The position numbers and the translations under genes were made by a program. From Thermoplasmata archaeon (GTDB lineage Archaea > Thermoplasmatota > Thermoplasmata > Lutacidiplasmatales > UBA184), in contig JAKAWX010000003.1 in NCBI GenBank assembly GCA_021816865.1, forward strand, positions 110,960 to 174,959: 64,000 nucleotides of DNA, in the 5' to 3' direction. Positions 28,201 through 37,428 of this stretch are shown here, piece after piece. Position 1 is the stretch's first letter, and every line of letters starts with the position of its first letter. Below the pieces are notes generated by a model that was not told the origin of the DNA, ran no database searches, and saw only the letters and a program-made list of their open reading frames with translations.

Positions 28201-29662
28201 TCCCGTCGACGGACGGCGGGAGGAACTCCCGTTCCCGGGCGTACTCGCGGACCTTGTCGAGCGCCGTCCATCGACTGAGGTAGAACTGGAGCGCTTCGCG
28301 GCCGAGACGAACGACCGTCTCGCGCAGGAGCTCGCGCGCCGGTGCGACCTCCGCCCGCTCGACATGCTGGCGGAGCCGAGCGAGAACCCCGTCGAACGAC
28401 TCGACGGCGAAGCCCGACCGTCGGAACCGCTCGGCCATCTCCTCGAGCGACTGGAGCTCCTCGGTGACCGTGTCGAGATCCTCGGTGAGCCGCCCGACCC
28501 GGTCGAGCGCCTCTTGGCTCGCCGCGAACGCTTCGGAGTAGATCTTGAGTCGGATCGCCTCGCGGGCCCGGTTCATCGACGCGAAGACCTCGCTCGGGTC
28601 CCGACCGAGCCGACGGGCGTTTGAGATCCGGGGCCGGATCTCGTCGAGGATGCCGGCGATCACGGTGACGACGGGCTCCTCGGCGGAGCGACGCGCCTCG
28701 ACGAACAAGGGGCCGATCTCGAGCGCCGGGGCCTTGGTGATCCTCGCGAGCGCTTCGGCGATCGTCTGGCGGGCCGCCGACGGGTCGATCCCGTAGTCGA
28801 CCGTCTGGTCCAGCGACGTCTTCAGCGCCTCGAGCGCGAGGGCGCACCGCTCCCGCAGGGCTTCGGTGACTTCCTCGGCGGCCCTCTCCGTCGCGGGGAC
28901 CGTGTCGGGCCATTGTTCGGGCGAGACGTCGGCGCCCCGGTCGAGCGCCGCCTCGAGCCCCGAGGTCGGGGCCCCGTGCTCCTTCGCCTGGGCCATCAGG
29001 GCCGCCGCCCGGTCGCGCACCGACCGCCGCTTCTCGGCGGCCTCGGGGAGTCCTTCGCGCACGAGGCGGTGGACCGCATCGAGCGCTTCGGCGAGCCGTC
29101 CTTCCCGCGCCGGGTCGACCGCGGCGTCGAGCTGGCGCTCGAACTCCGCGAGCCGGTCCGGGGAAAGGCCGCCCCACTGTGCGGTGCGCAACGCCCGCGT
29201 CCGGGCCCGGGCGACCTGTTCGGCCTCGGCGGCGCGTAGCGCCTCCTCAACGCGGGCGAGCCGACCGATTGAGGTCGACCAGCTCTCGTCGGGGGGGAGT
29301 TGCGCGAGGGCGTCGAGCTCCGCCTTGACCTCCGTCGGGATCGCGACCCCGATCCCCGAGAGGCGTCCGAGGGCCTCGACGGTGCGGGCGCGTCGCCCCT
29401 CGAAGCTGAGCGGGACGGTCTTAGACAGATACTCGAGGAGGGCTTTCGACTCGCGGTCCACGCCGTCCCAGTCGGAGCGACGCTGGAGCTCGCGGATCGC
29501 CTGGGCCCGGTCGCTCGTCCCCGGCGGGCTCAACCCGAGCTCTCCCAGCCGCGCCAGCTGCTCCTCGACCTCCTTGAACGACGCCTCGGCGACCTGCCGC
29601 TGGCGCTTGAGCGCCTCGGCCTTCTCCTGAAGGATTCGAGTCAGGCGGGAGGACGGCAGCAC
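25202..29662 (-). CDS. Giant all-alpha helical-repeat/coiled-coil protein (1486 aa)
   Basis: Recurrent units such as GADTSLAENLLHQARMALDEGRSVEAL, GVDTTPMMQTFSEARAALDAHHLPEA and HVDTTEARALLVES; no Walker A and no TM. Confidence 0.85.
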   Translation of the reverse strand: MLPSSRLTRILQEKAEALKRQRQVAEASFKEVEEQLARLGELGLSPPGTSDRAQAIRELQRRSDWDGVDRESKALLEYLSKTVPLSFEGRRARTVEALGRLSGIGVAIPTEVKAELDALAQLPPDESWSTSIGRLARVEEALRAAEAEQVARARTRALRTAQWGGLSPDRLAEFERQLDAAVDPAREGRLAEALDAVHRLVREGLPEAAEKRRSVRDRAAALMAQAKEHGAPTSGLEAALDRGADVSPEQWPDTVPATERAAEEVTEALRERCALALEALKTSLDQTVDYGIDPSAARQTIAEALARITKAPALEIGPLFVEARRSAEEPVVTVIAGILDEIRPRISNARRLGRDPSEVFASMNRAREAIRLKIYSEAFAASQEALDRVGRLTEDLDTVTEELQSLEEMAERFRRSGFAVESFDGVLARLRQHVERAEVAPARELLRETVVRLGREALQFYLSRWTALDKVREYAREREFLPPSVDGSLTEARELLDRGDLADAAERIARSEVELRTAAAPHVAHRVEEMEQGLADIPDEALTAPVRRLLADADVGLRVKEDLIGSLDSLRRAERDFSAVFAAHASALVEGLEAERRVLESMGGPSDEVQHQIDEVQQIFNMGDFVKASRASQEIRTRALQQQLLRSEEAVSHAKLSLVELETMGLDLREFRTQLDAAQTAARASEHLTAYETAARLEESASRARAAAQQILEGISHGQEHLGRLRSAGADPGPYYEALRNARLAFQALEFDRAREILETTETQLGEEDARLETGRLLAEIDQLVEDGRRLAAPMEPFAARAHQLKTERTTAPAGATRTGARLLHDELTAVLRPVLEENLRALERDLDIARAAGVDLVPILEPLGEARRRIGLPVPIGAATLLDEARREFVSTRGLVEHGQRVAKRAREAFAEAELLHVDTVALRGAMDRLEQLLGEKQFARVIELGGPLERDLLQATYQHVSKNLAGFQAILSRLRNTGADTSLAENLLHQARMALDEGRSVEALQLAAKSETELERVELQRRLAEGSVEATGAAIARTVAEGILAPVASQEFEAAKAALQQHAYPDVLERAMAAIDALGVAREAHRRAREAVGGADRQIAEAIENHADVAEAAGHLGQGRHFLELGQYSEAIRIGREATEMARWAIERLVATPLGELRRQIESARKEGLTGEVDAIDAIAGEAEAALRTRDWGRVREALDRGTVASRRLFESVIDGRYREVEAEYARSGPPSAAETARREEVVGQLATLRERRDFGGALVLLRAELEVARRRRAEELEAKMAVFKDRLWIGERLGVDTTPMMQTFSEARAALDAHHLPEAEAGLARASAALEPAIHEPFVARRKELGAEVTFAEEGLHVTVGPVRERLKEIEELDRSGRLLDAARLLISTEEELSLRKSLHRELMNLHYLIDAGLVRAHERHVDTTEARALLVESIRLRDQGYPAALAKAREALKKLQETGTSESPGVSAAAPFWPFRRPPSAP

Positions 29663-29818
29663 CCCGACACCCCCCGGGCCCGTCGTACGTCCCCCTCCTA
29701 ATCCCGGGTCTCCCGGCCTGGTCGGACCGGTGTCGCGGGTATCCGTTTCATGCGTGGTCCCCTTTATTAACCAAGCGAGGGACGGAACGGTCTGGCCCCC
29801 GCCGGGGAACCTCGGGCT

Positions 29819-30205
29819 CTAGGTCCGGGTGATCCGTCGCTTTCCCATCGCGTCGAGATATTGGACCTCGGCGCCCGGACTGAGCTGGCCTTTCATCTCG
29901 GCATCGATCGGAAGGCTGAACGTCTCGTAGGTCTCGAGGTCCATCAGCTGCACTTCGACATCGGTCATCGAAAGGACCTGGGCCTGGCGCTTGCCGATCA
30001 TCGGCACCAGCACCTTGTGCTTTACCGGGAACACGACGCTGCGCTTCCCGCCGTCGAAGAGGCCCACCGCATCGATGCGAGCCTTCGCCTCCCCGTGCTT
30101 TCCCGGTTTCGAGGTCTGGATGCTGATGATACGGCACGGCTCCTCCTCGATCAGCATGTACCGGCCCTCCTTCAGCTCGCGGACCTCCTGCTGCGTCCAG
30201 GCCAT
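29819..30205 (-). CDS. eif5a: Translation factor aIF-5A (eIF-5A)
   Basis: [12 protein letters not shown] hypusine motif and [11 protein letters not shown]; start re-called at ATG 30205. Confidence 0.97.
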   Translation of the reverse strand: MAWTQQEVRELKEGRYMLIEEEPCRIISIQTSKPGKHGEAKARIDAVGLFDGGKRSVVFPVKHKVLVPMIGKRQAQVLSMTDVEVQLMDLETYETFSLPIDAEMKGQLSPGAEVQYLDAMGKRRITRT

Positions 30206-30344
30206 CGGGGTGTTCCTCGAGGTCCGGGGAGAGTCGGGACGGGATAAGAGTTGCCCCGGATTCCGGGGCGGGACGCGACGAGCGGCCAAGGGTTTATTCC
30301 CCACGACCCCCCTCGTTCTCCGTGGGTTCTCCCGGGCGCTAGGT

Positions 30345-33300
30345 ATGGCATCGCTCCCCGACGAGTACCGGCCCGCGCAAGTCGAGCAGGAGGTCCGGGC
30401 GCTCTGGAAGGCGCACGGCCTTCCCCCGACGACCGGGAGCCTCGGCCCGGCCGGGGGACCGACGGTCCGCCAGTTCGTCGGGACGTTCACGTCCGGAGAC
30501 GCGGTCGCGATGGTGGCCCAGCGCGCGTTGGCCGCGGACGTCGATGCGCGGTATCTCGCGCTCACGGGACGCCGGACGCTCGCCACCTTGCGACGGGAGG
30601 GGCGGCCCGATAGCGATCCGGCGGGCCCGGTCGAGCGAGCCCTCGTGCGACTTGGGGTCTGGGTCGGGGGCAGCGGAGGGGGTCCCTCCGACTCCGAGGA
30701 CCGCCACGCCCGCGTTGAGCGGATCGTGGGTCAGCTCGCGCGGCGGGGAATCATCGCGACCCGCGACCTCCCGCTCCGCGTCTGCCCATCGTGCGCGGCC
30801 CCCCGGAGCCCCGAGCGGATCATCTACCAGGAGGAGGACGGCGACACGTACCTCGTCCGATTCGACCTGCCGCTCGACGGCCGGGTCGCCCGGGCCCTCG
30901 TCTGGGTCGACGCACCGTGGCGGCTCCTCGCCACCAGCGCGATCCTTGTGAATCCCGACCTTCCCTACGTCGTCGCGCGCTACCGCCGTCGGGACACCGA
31001 AGAGCTCGTCTTTACGTCGCGCTCCTCGCTCGAACGGTTCCGTTCCTGGATCCCCGGTGCGACGTTCGAGGTACTGGAGGAGCGACCGGGGCGGGAGTAC
31101 GCCGGGCGTGCCTACGGCTACCCGCTCGCGCACGAGTTCCCGATGGGCGGCGCGCTCGCCCCTCCGGCCGGCACGATCCTCGAGGTGCCGGACGTTACCG
31201 ATACGGGCACGGGCCTCGTCCCGCTCGTCCCCGGACACGGGGCGACCGACGCCGTGATCGCCGAGGCCCACGGGATTCCCGGGTGGCCGCTCGTCACGCC
31301 GACCGGCCAGCTCGATGTCACGCTGAAGCACAAGTACGCCGGCCTCGACCTGCGCACGGCCACGGAGTTCATCGTCCGCGACCTCAGCGAGAGCGGCGCA
31401 ATATTCGCGCAGCTGAGGGTTCGCCGGGGCGTCCCGCATTGCGCGCTTTGCGGGAGCGCCCTCGTCTGGACGCCGGGGCGCGCCTGGTGCCTCGAGCCGG
31501 GACGGCTCAGCGCGGAGCTCGCCGAAATGTACCGTCGCCTCCTCCCGGCCGCTCCGGCGTTGCCGCAGGTCGAGGTCGCACCTTGGCCGGTCAGCGAGAC
31601 GACCACGAACTCGGATCCCTCGGCGGTGGCGCTGCTCGAGTGTCCGTCCTGCGAGAGCCTGGACAGCCTCGACGCCTCTCCGTCGTGCCGATGCGGCGGC
31701 ACCCGCTACCCGGTCCGCCGGCGCCTAGTTCCGTCCGCCGCCGGTGTTTTGGCCGCATGGGCACGCTCGGACCCGTTCCCCGGCGCGGACACCGCCCGGC
31801 TCTACGTGGGGGAGCGGCGGGCCGTGCCGACGGTCGTCCACCACCTCACGGCGCTCGCGGGCGTGGACGGCCTACCGGCGGAGGTCGGCGTGACGCTCCT
31901 GCCGACGGTGACGGAGATCGACCTTGTCGCGCTCGCGGACCAGCACGGCGCGGACGCCGTGCGGACCGCTCTCGTCCGGACCGACGCCTCGGGTCGGGCG
32001 AGCGAGACGTTCGTCGAGCGGTGCACGCAGGAGCGGGGCCGGCTCGACCACCTCTGGCGGTTCGCCCGCGAACTCTCGGAGCGACTCGACCCGGCGCTGC
32101 TCGCCGCGTTCGGTTCCCCGGTCTCGGGGGTCCTCGGGGAGCTTGAGGTCGAGGACCGCGCCCTCCTCGCGCGGTGGGAACGAGCGCGGGTCCGGGCACT
32201 GGCCGACTACGACCGATGGTCCGCCGCGTCGGCGCACCGTCGGGTCTTCCGGTTCCTCGAGACCGACCTCGCCGAGTACCGCGAGTGGGTCCGACCGAGG
32301 ATCGCCCTCGTGGGGAGCCCCCCGTCGAAGCGCGCGGCTCTGCGCACGTTGGTCCACGTCCTCTCCGGCGCCGTCGGCCTCCTCGCGCCGGTCGCCCCCT
32401 TCACCGCCGAAAGGATCCGCCGCGCCCTCGTGCCCGACCGCACGAGCCTCTACGACGGACGCCTCGCGCCGGTCGACCGGGGGCTGATGGGCGACGATCT
32501 CACGGTGGCGTGGGACCGATGGAGGTCGGTCCTCGCGGCACTCCGTTCGTTCCGACGGGCGAACGGGCTCTCGAGCGACGTTCCGATCCCGTCGGTGGCG
32601 CTCGTCGTCGGCACGGAGGAGGTCGGGACGACGTTGCGCGGCGACCGCCCTTTGCTCGAACGTCTGGGGAACGTCGCCAAGGTCGTCGTCGGCTCCCCTT
32701 CGGACCCGTGGGCGGGGCGCCAGCACCAGATCCGGCCGAACGAGCCCGAGATCCAGCGGGTCTACGGTTCGCAGGCCTCGCAGATCGCCCACCTGCTTCG
32801 GCGCATGCCCCCGCGGCGGGTCCGCGACCCGGGCGGCGGTTCCGACCTCTCCGTCGTCATCCAGGGCCAGCCGCGCACGCTCGCACCGTCGATGGTCTCC
32901 TACTCCGAGAGCCTGCCCGAGCGGGTCGTCCCCACCCCGTGGAGCCTCGGCGAAATGTACGCGGAACGCCCCGTAGCCGGCCGCTCGTCCGCGAGCCCAC
33001 CGCCCCTCTCGCCCGACGCGTTCTGGCTCGTGCGCCGGCTCGATCGCCGCCTGCGGCGTGGGCGCGCTTCCGGGTCGGTGCCCACGGTCGCCGTCATCGC
33101 GACCTCGGACCCGCTCGCCGCCGAACTGAGCTCGGCCTCCGGTCCGCTCGCAGCCTACCTTGGGCTCGGGGAGGTCCGGGTGAGCGATCGGATCGAGGAG
33201 CCTGCCCCCTCCGGGGCGGTCACCGGGCGCGCGAAAACGGGCGTCCGCTGGTGGGTCGACGTCCCGGGGCTCACGCGCCCCCCGCGCCGAACGAAAGTCC

Positions 33301-35105
33301 GCGCGTCCCGACGGCACCGGCGCCGGTTCCCGAGCGGGTTCGTTCCCGTCGGGGGTGTTCCCGTCGAGGTCGACTACGCGGCCGAGGAGGTCGTTTCTCG
33401 GGAGCAGGCCATCCGGGCGCTCAACCAGGAGCTGGACGCCGTCCTCGGCGTCCCGGTGCTGGGCCCGACCAAGGTCGCGGCGGCCTGGGACAAAGGCCTA
33501 CGACGTGTCGAACAGTTCCGCGACGTTCCGTTCGAGGACCTATCGGCCCTGCCCGGGTTCGGCCGGGCGGTGGTCGAGCTCCTCTTCGGCCGGTTCGGGG
33601 TTGCCGGGTCGGTCCCGGCGACGCCCGGACCGGCCCCCGTCGCTCCGTCGCGCCGACGCCGAGCCCACGCGCCACCGGCCCTACCGGTCGGGCCGGCGAC
33701 CGCCGATCTCTCGGCGGTCGGCCCCGCCGCCGCAGAGACCCGGTCGCCACCGTTGGCCATGGGCTCCTTGGCCGCCGCGCCCGACTCGTCCGAGCTCCCC
33801 GCGGCGAGCCCTGTATCGACGGCGGAGGCTCCCGCATCGCTCGTTCCCCCATCGGGGTGCGCGCAAGGGGCCGGGACCCCCTCTCTCTCAACCTCGCTCG
33901 TGCCGGTCCCGACGTCGTCCCCGCTCGTTCCGTCGGACCTCCGGGACCGCCCGCGCGCCCTCGTCGAGACGGACGCTGTCGTCCCGGAGGAAAGACCACA
34001 GGACGAACCCGGGCCCGAGTCCCCGGAGGCGCTCCCGATCCCTCCGTCGCCCGGCTCTCCGGCCCACGACGGCGTGGCGGCCGATGGAGCCGAAGCGGCG
34101 GGGACGGGCGCCGTACTCCCTCTAGCCCTCGAGGCCGCGATCGAGGCCGACGCCCAAAACGCTGGAGCCCTGACGGAGACGCCGGGACGGGAGACCGAAC
34201 CGGCCGCGGGGAGCGCGGTCGATCGGGGCTCGCTTCCCGCACCCGCGTCGCCGGCGGTAGCGGAGGAGTCCCCGACAACCGCTCCCAGCGGTCCCGCGGC
34301 CGGTCCTGCCTCCACCACCGGGCCTGTGGGAGGCGTCGGGACCACGGATGCCCCTGTGGGCGGGCCGGCCCGTCCGGTCGGGGGCGACGCGGCCGTTTTC
34401 CCGGGGGCCGAGCCTCGTATCTCGCTCGATCCCGTGACGCCGACGTCCATTAAGGCGTCCGGTGCGACGGACCCACGTTCGCCCCCGGGCTCGCCACCCG
34501 AGCCGCCGATCCCTCCCGAAGGAACCACGACCCGAGGGCCTCCGGCCCCCGCCGGTTCAGCCTCGTCGTCGCGTTCCCTTGAGGCCCCCCCTATCGCGCT
34601 CCCGGCCGTGCCGCCGGAGGAGCCGGCGCGGGGATCGGTTTCCGCGCCTCCGAGGGCCGGTGTGGAACTCGAAGTGGGAAGCTCGATCCTGACGTCCCTC
34701 CAGCCGTTCCTTGATGCGACGGCCGCCGGGCACCCCGGGCTGTGTCTCGTGCGAGAGTCGCCGGAGCGCATCTCGGCCCAGGTCGGCCGCCGCCCCGTCG
34801 ATGTCTACTGGCTTACGAACCTCGGGCGGGGGCGGACCCTCAAGCCGAACGACCTTCCCGCGGTCTTCGCGTCGCTGACGCGCGCGATCACCGGGGAAGG
34901 CCGGACGGTCGTCTTCGTCGAGGGGCTCGAGTACCTGGTCCGGCTCCACGGGGTCGACGCCGTGGTCGACCGACTCGCAGAGTTCGACCGGTTCGCGAAG
35001 GAGCACGACGTCCGGGTGTGGACGCACGTGAGCCCCGAACTCCTGCGGCCCACCGACCTCGAGCGGTTCGTCCGCCGCTTCACTCGGTCCGGACCGTCCG
35101 CGTAG
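30345..35105 (+). CDS. Inactivated isoleucyl-tRNA-synthetase paralog fused to HhH, Pro/Ala-rich linker and C-terminal DUF835 domain
   Basis: IleRS-like N-terminus (EQEVRALW), CP1 motifs ([23 protein letters not shown]), HGADAVR, anticodon bundle ([11 protein letters not shown]), IRPN..; HIGH and KMSKS absent; LSALPGFG HhH; C-terminal [24 protein letters not shown]; start re-called at ATG 30345. Confidence 0.85.
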   Translation: MASLPDEYRPAQVEQEVRALWKAHGLPPTTGSLGPAGGPTVRQFVGTFTSGDAVAMVAQRALAADVDARYLALTGRRTLATLRREGRPDSDPAGPVERALVRLGVWVGGSGGGPSDSEDRHARVERIVGQLARRGIIATRDLPLRVCPSCAAPRSPERIIYQEEDGDTYLVRFDLPLDGRVARALVWVDAPWRLLATSAILVNPDLPYVVARYRRRDTEELVFTSRSSLERFRSWIPGATFEVLEERPGREYAGRAYGYPLAHEFPMGGALAPPAGTILEVPDVTDTGTGLVPLVPGHGATDAVIAEAHGIPGWPLVTPTGQLDVTLKHKYAGLDLRTATEFIVRDLSESGAIFAQLRVRRGVPHCALCGSALVWTPGRAWCLEPGRLSAELAEMYRRLLPAAPALPQVEVAPWPVSETTTNSDPSAVALLECPSCESLDSLDASPSCRCGGTRYPVRRRLVPSAAGVLAAWARSDPFPGADTARLYVGERRAVPTVVHHLTALAGVDGLPAEVGVTLLPTVTEIDLVALADQHGADAVRTALVRTDASGRASETFVERCTQERGRLDHLWRFARELSERLDPALLAAFGSPVSGVLGELEVEDRALLARWERARVRALADYDRWSAASAHRRVFRFLETDLAEYREWVRPRIALVGSPPSKRAALRTLVHVLSGAVGLLAPVAPFTAERIRRALVPDRTSLYDGRLAPVDRGLMGDDLTVAWDRWRSVLAALRSFRRANGLSSDVPIPSVALVVGTEEVGTTLRGDRPLLERLGNVAKVVVGSPSDPWAGRQHQIRPNEPEIQRVYGSQASQIAHLLRRMPPRRVRDPGGGSDLSVVIQGQPRTLAPSMVSYSESLPERVVPTPWSLGEMYAERPVAGRSSASPPPLSPDAFWLVRRLDRRLRRGRASGSVPTVAVIATSDPLAAELSSASGPLAAYLGLGEVRVSDRIEEPAPSGAVTGRAKTGVRWWVDVPGLTRPPRRTKVRASRRHRRRFPSGFVPVGGVPVEVDYAAEEVVSREQAIRALNQELDAVLGVPVLGPTKVAAAWDKGLRRVEQFRDVPFEDLSALPGFGRAVVELLFGRFGVAGSVPATPGPAPVAPSRRRRAHAPPALPVGPATADLSAVGPAAAETRSPPLAMGSLAAAPDSSELPAASPVSTAEAPASLVPPSGCAQGAGTPSLSTSLVPVPTSSPLVPSDLRDRPRALVETDAVVPEERPQDEPGPESPEALPIPPSPGSPAHDGVAADGAEAAGTGAVLPLALEAAIEADAQNAGALTETPGRETEPAAGSAVDRGSLPAPASPAVAEESPTTAPSGPAAGPASTTGPVGGVGTTDAPVGGPARPVGGDAAVFPGAEPRISLDPVTPTSIKASGATDPRSPPGSPPEPPIPPEGTTTRGPPAPAGSASSSRSLEAPPIALPAVPPEEPARGSVSAPPRAGVELEVGSSILTSLQPFLDATAAGHPGLCLVRESPERISAQVGRRPVDVYWLTNLGRGRTLKPNDLPAVFASLTRAITGEGRTVVFVEGLEYLVRLHGVDAVVDRLAEFDRFAKEHDVRVWTHVSPELLRPTDLERFVRRFTRSGPSA

Positions 35106-35216
35106 ACGCGCGGTCGCCGCCTCGAGGTCGGGAGCTCCCCGTCCCGGAGAGGGGCGGGCGGGCTAACGAACGGTTAGCGTGATTAGATATCATCGGACGG
35201 TGGTCCCGTCGAAGAG

Positions 35217-35942
35217 ATGGGGACCGTGCGTACCTCCGCCGAGCGGGCCCGCCGGCGGACGGCCCCGCTCGCGGTCCTGCTCGTCGTCGTTCTGCTCCTC
35301 GGTGCGGCCGGGGCGTTCGCCCCCGGCGCGGCGCGGGCCGCCGCGATCGGATGCTCGAACGTGAGCGCGAAGTACGGTGTGAACGCCACGGTCACGTGGA
35401 ACGGCGTGAACGTGTGTTCGGGCGGTTCCGCCTCGTCGGCGTTCTCGGTCGACCTCACCCAGTCGATCGGCCTGCGCTACAACTGGTCCGGACCGCTGGG
35501 CCATCCGCTGTCGCTGAACGACGCTCGACTCCAGATGTTCTACTTCGGCTTCCCGCTCGCGACCCGGGACGTCACGACGGTCGGGGGCGTCCAGGGGCCC
35601 TCCGGGAGCTTCGTCATGAACTGGACCCCCGGAGTGATCGCCTACGTCCTCGAGGGGCTCTACGGGCTGACCGCGAGCCTCCTCGCGACGAACGGCACGA
35701 CAGTTTTCAGCGAGGATTTCTTCGTCCATGCGAACGCCCCCTACGGGATCCTTGCGGCCCTTCCGATCCTCCTCGTCGTCCTCGGGATCTACGAGGTCTA
35801 CAACGTCGCGCGTTCGGGACGGCAGGCCGCGCTCCCGAAGCGGGCAGCGCCGGCAGGCCCCCCGCCGCCGCCGCCGGAGCCGGGCGCGGGACCCGGTCCG
35901 GACGGCGCGGGTACTCCCCCTCCGGGAGCCGGAGGACCATGA
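35217..35942 (+). CDS. Membrane-anchored/exported hypothetical protein
   Basis: N-terminal signal/TM, beta-rich domain with sequons, C-terminal TM and Pro-rich tail. Confidence 0.75.
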   Translation: MGTVRTSAERARRRTAPLAVLLVVVLLLGAAGAFAPGAARAAAIGCSNVSAKYGVNATVTWNGVNVCSGGSASSAFSVDLTQSIGLRYNWSGPLGHPLSLNDARLQMFYFGFPLATRDVTTVGGVQGPSGSFVMNWTPGVIAYVLEGLYGLTASLLATNGTTVFSEDFFVHANAPYGILAALPILLVVLGIYEVYNVARSGRQAALPKRAAPAGPPPPPPEPGAGPGPDGAGTPPPGAGGP

Positions 35943-36163
35943 GCGCGACCAGCCACGGGGCGGCCGCGGGCGCGGTGCTCGGGATCGTTGCGGTCCTCCT
36001 CGCGCAGCAGCTGGGTCTCTGGAGCCTTAGCGACCTTGTGACGAGCGTCGTCTACCTCGTCCTCGGCATTGTCGTCGGCGCCGCGGTCTGCGGCGCGATC
36101 GGCATGGCCCTCGGTCGACGGTGGGTCGCCTCGCACCCGGCCGAGCCGCCGGCCCACGGCTGA
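35939..36163 (+). CDS. Small two-TM membrane protein
   Basis: MSATSHGAAAGAVLGIVAVLLAQQLG...; ATGA overlap with the upstream stop; GGAGG upstream. Confidence 0.7.
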   Translation: MSATSHGAAAGAVLGIVAVLLAQQLGLWSLSDLVTSVVYLVLGIVVGAAVCGAIGMALGRRWVASHPAEPPAHG

Positions 36164-36178
36164 CGGATCGCCGGTCCG

Positions 36179-36391
36179 CTACGGACCGGGCCCGCGGCGC
36201 GAGAGCGCTCCGACCATCTCGTCCGGCGTCACGACCGGGCGGCACTCGATCTCGCGCGCCCCCGCGAACTCTTGGATCACGAGGTCGTAGAAGGCCCGGG
36301 CCCGCTGCGAAGGGAGGTCGGCGGGGCCGTCGGGGCTTCCGACGCCCTTGCGGAGGACGGCGGGCCGACGTTCGGTACGCGCAGGGGTCAT
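36179..36391 (-). CDS. Small hypothetical protein (70 aa) translationally coupled to hemE
   Basis: ATGA overlap with the hemE stop; MTPARTERR...RARAFYDLVIQEFAGAREIECRPVV. Confidence 0.4.
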   Translation of the reverse strand: MTPARTERRPAVLRKGVGSPDGPADLPSQRARAFYDLVIQEFAGAREIECRPVVTPDEMVGALSRRGPGP

Positions 36392-37428
36392 CGTCGAGCT
36401 CGCGGGAGGCCCTGGGAGTGGACGAAGTCGACGAGGTCGGCCACGTGCGCGGGGTCGGTCTCGGGCAACACGCCGTGCCCCAGGTTGAAGACGTGCGAAC
36501 GATGGTCCGGGATCTCCTCGAGCACCTCCCGGGCCTCCCGACGTAGCGTGGCGACGGGGCCGAGGAGCGCCCCCGGGTCGAGGTTCCCCTGGAGGGCGAG
36601 CCGGGTCCCGACGCGCCGTCGCACGCGGTGGAGGGGCTCGCGCCAGTCGACCGAGAGCGCGTCCGGACCGGTCCGGGCCAGCCCCTCGAGGAGGTGGGAC
36701 GACCCGGTCGAGAAGAGGATCGTCGGTCGCCCGAGGGACCGCACCCCCTCGAAGATGGTGGCGAGCGGCTCGCGCAGGTGCCGCTCGAAGGTGGCCGGGC
36801 CGACGGCCCCGATCCAGGTGTCGAACACCTGGAGCGCGGCGGCGCCGCTCTCGGCCTGCATCGTGAGGTAGTCGACCGCCAGCGTCGCGAGCCGATCGAC
36901 AAGGCGGTCGAACGTCCCCGGGTCCCGGTAGATCATGCGCCGGGTCGCCGAGAACTCCCGGTCGGCCCGCCCTTCGATAAGGTAGGACGCGAGCGTGAAC
37001 GGGCCGCCCGCGAAGCCGATGATCGGGCGCTCGTGCTCGAGCTCGAGGTACCGCTCGATCGCCCGGCCCACGAACGGCACGCTGTCGCGCGCCGAGAACG
37101 CGCCGAGCGCTTCGACGTCCCGCCGGGTCCGGATCGGGCGCGGCACGACCGGTCCTACGCCCGGATCGATCGAGAAGTCGATGCCGAGCCCGGCGAAGGG
37201 GAGCGTGATGTCGGCAAAGACGACGGCGGCGTCGACGTCGTAGCGGTGGATCGGCTCGAGGGTGACCTGGGCCGCGAGCTCCGGCGTCCGGGCGATCTCG
37301 AGGATCGGGTGCTCCCGTCGAAGCGCCCGGTACCCGGGCAGGTGGCGCCCGGCCTGTCGCATGAGCCAGATCGGGACGGTGTCGGTCTCCTCGCCCCAGA
37401 GCGCCCGGGTCAGGCGGTCGCGGGTCAC
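36388..37428 (-). CDS. hemE: Uroporphyrinogen decarboxylase
   Basis: PIWLMRQAGR, FADI, IGFAGGPFTLASY, QVFDTW, LQGNLDP and FNLGHG motifs; GTG start overlaps the hemL stop. Confidence 0.95.
   Translation of the reverse strand: MTRDRLTRALWGEETDTVPIWLMRQAGRHLPGYRALRREHPILEIARTPELAAQVTLEPIHRYDVDAAVVFADITLPFAGLGIDFSIDPGVGPVVPRPIRTRRDVEALGAFSARDSVPFVGRAIERYLELEHERPIIGFAGGPFTLASYLIEGRADREFSATRRMIYRDPGTFDRLVDRLATLAVDYLTMQAESGAAALQVFDTWIGAVGPATFERHLREPLATIFEGVRSLGRPTILFSTGSSHLLEGLARTGPDALSVDWREPLHRVRRRVGTRLALQGNLDPGALLGPVATLRREAREVLEEIPDHRSHVFNLGHGVLPETDPAHVADLVDFVHSQGLPRARR

Noticed and set aside
25202-29662. SMC/Rad50 chromosome segregation ATPase
   Set aside because: No Walker A/B or signature motif at either end; it is a helical-repeat protein
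33600-34650. Tandem repeat or mobile insertion within the IleRS-like gene
   Set aside because: Low-complexity P/A/S/T linker without discrete repeat units, terminal repeats or intein motifs
30345-35105. Annotation as functional ileS
   Set aside because: No HIGH or KMSKS signature and an extra C-terminal fusion; gene symbol withheld
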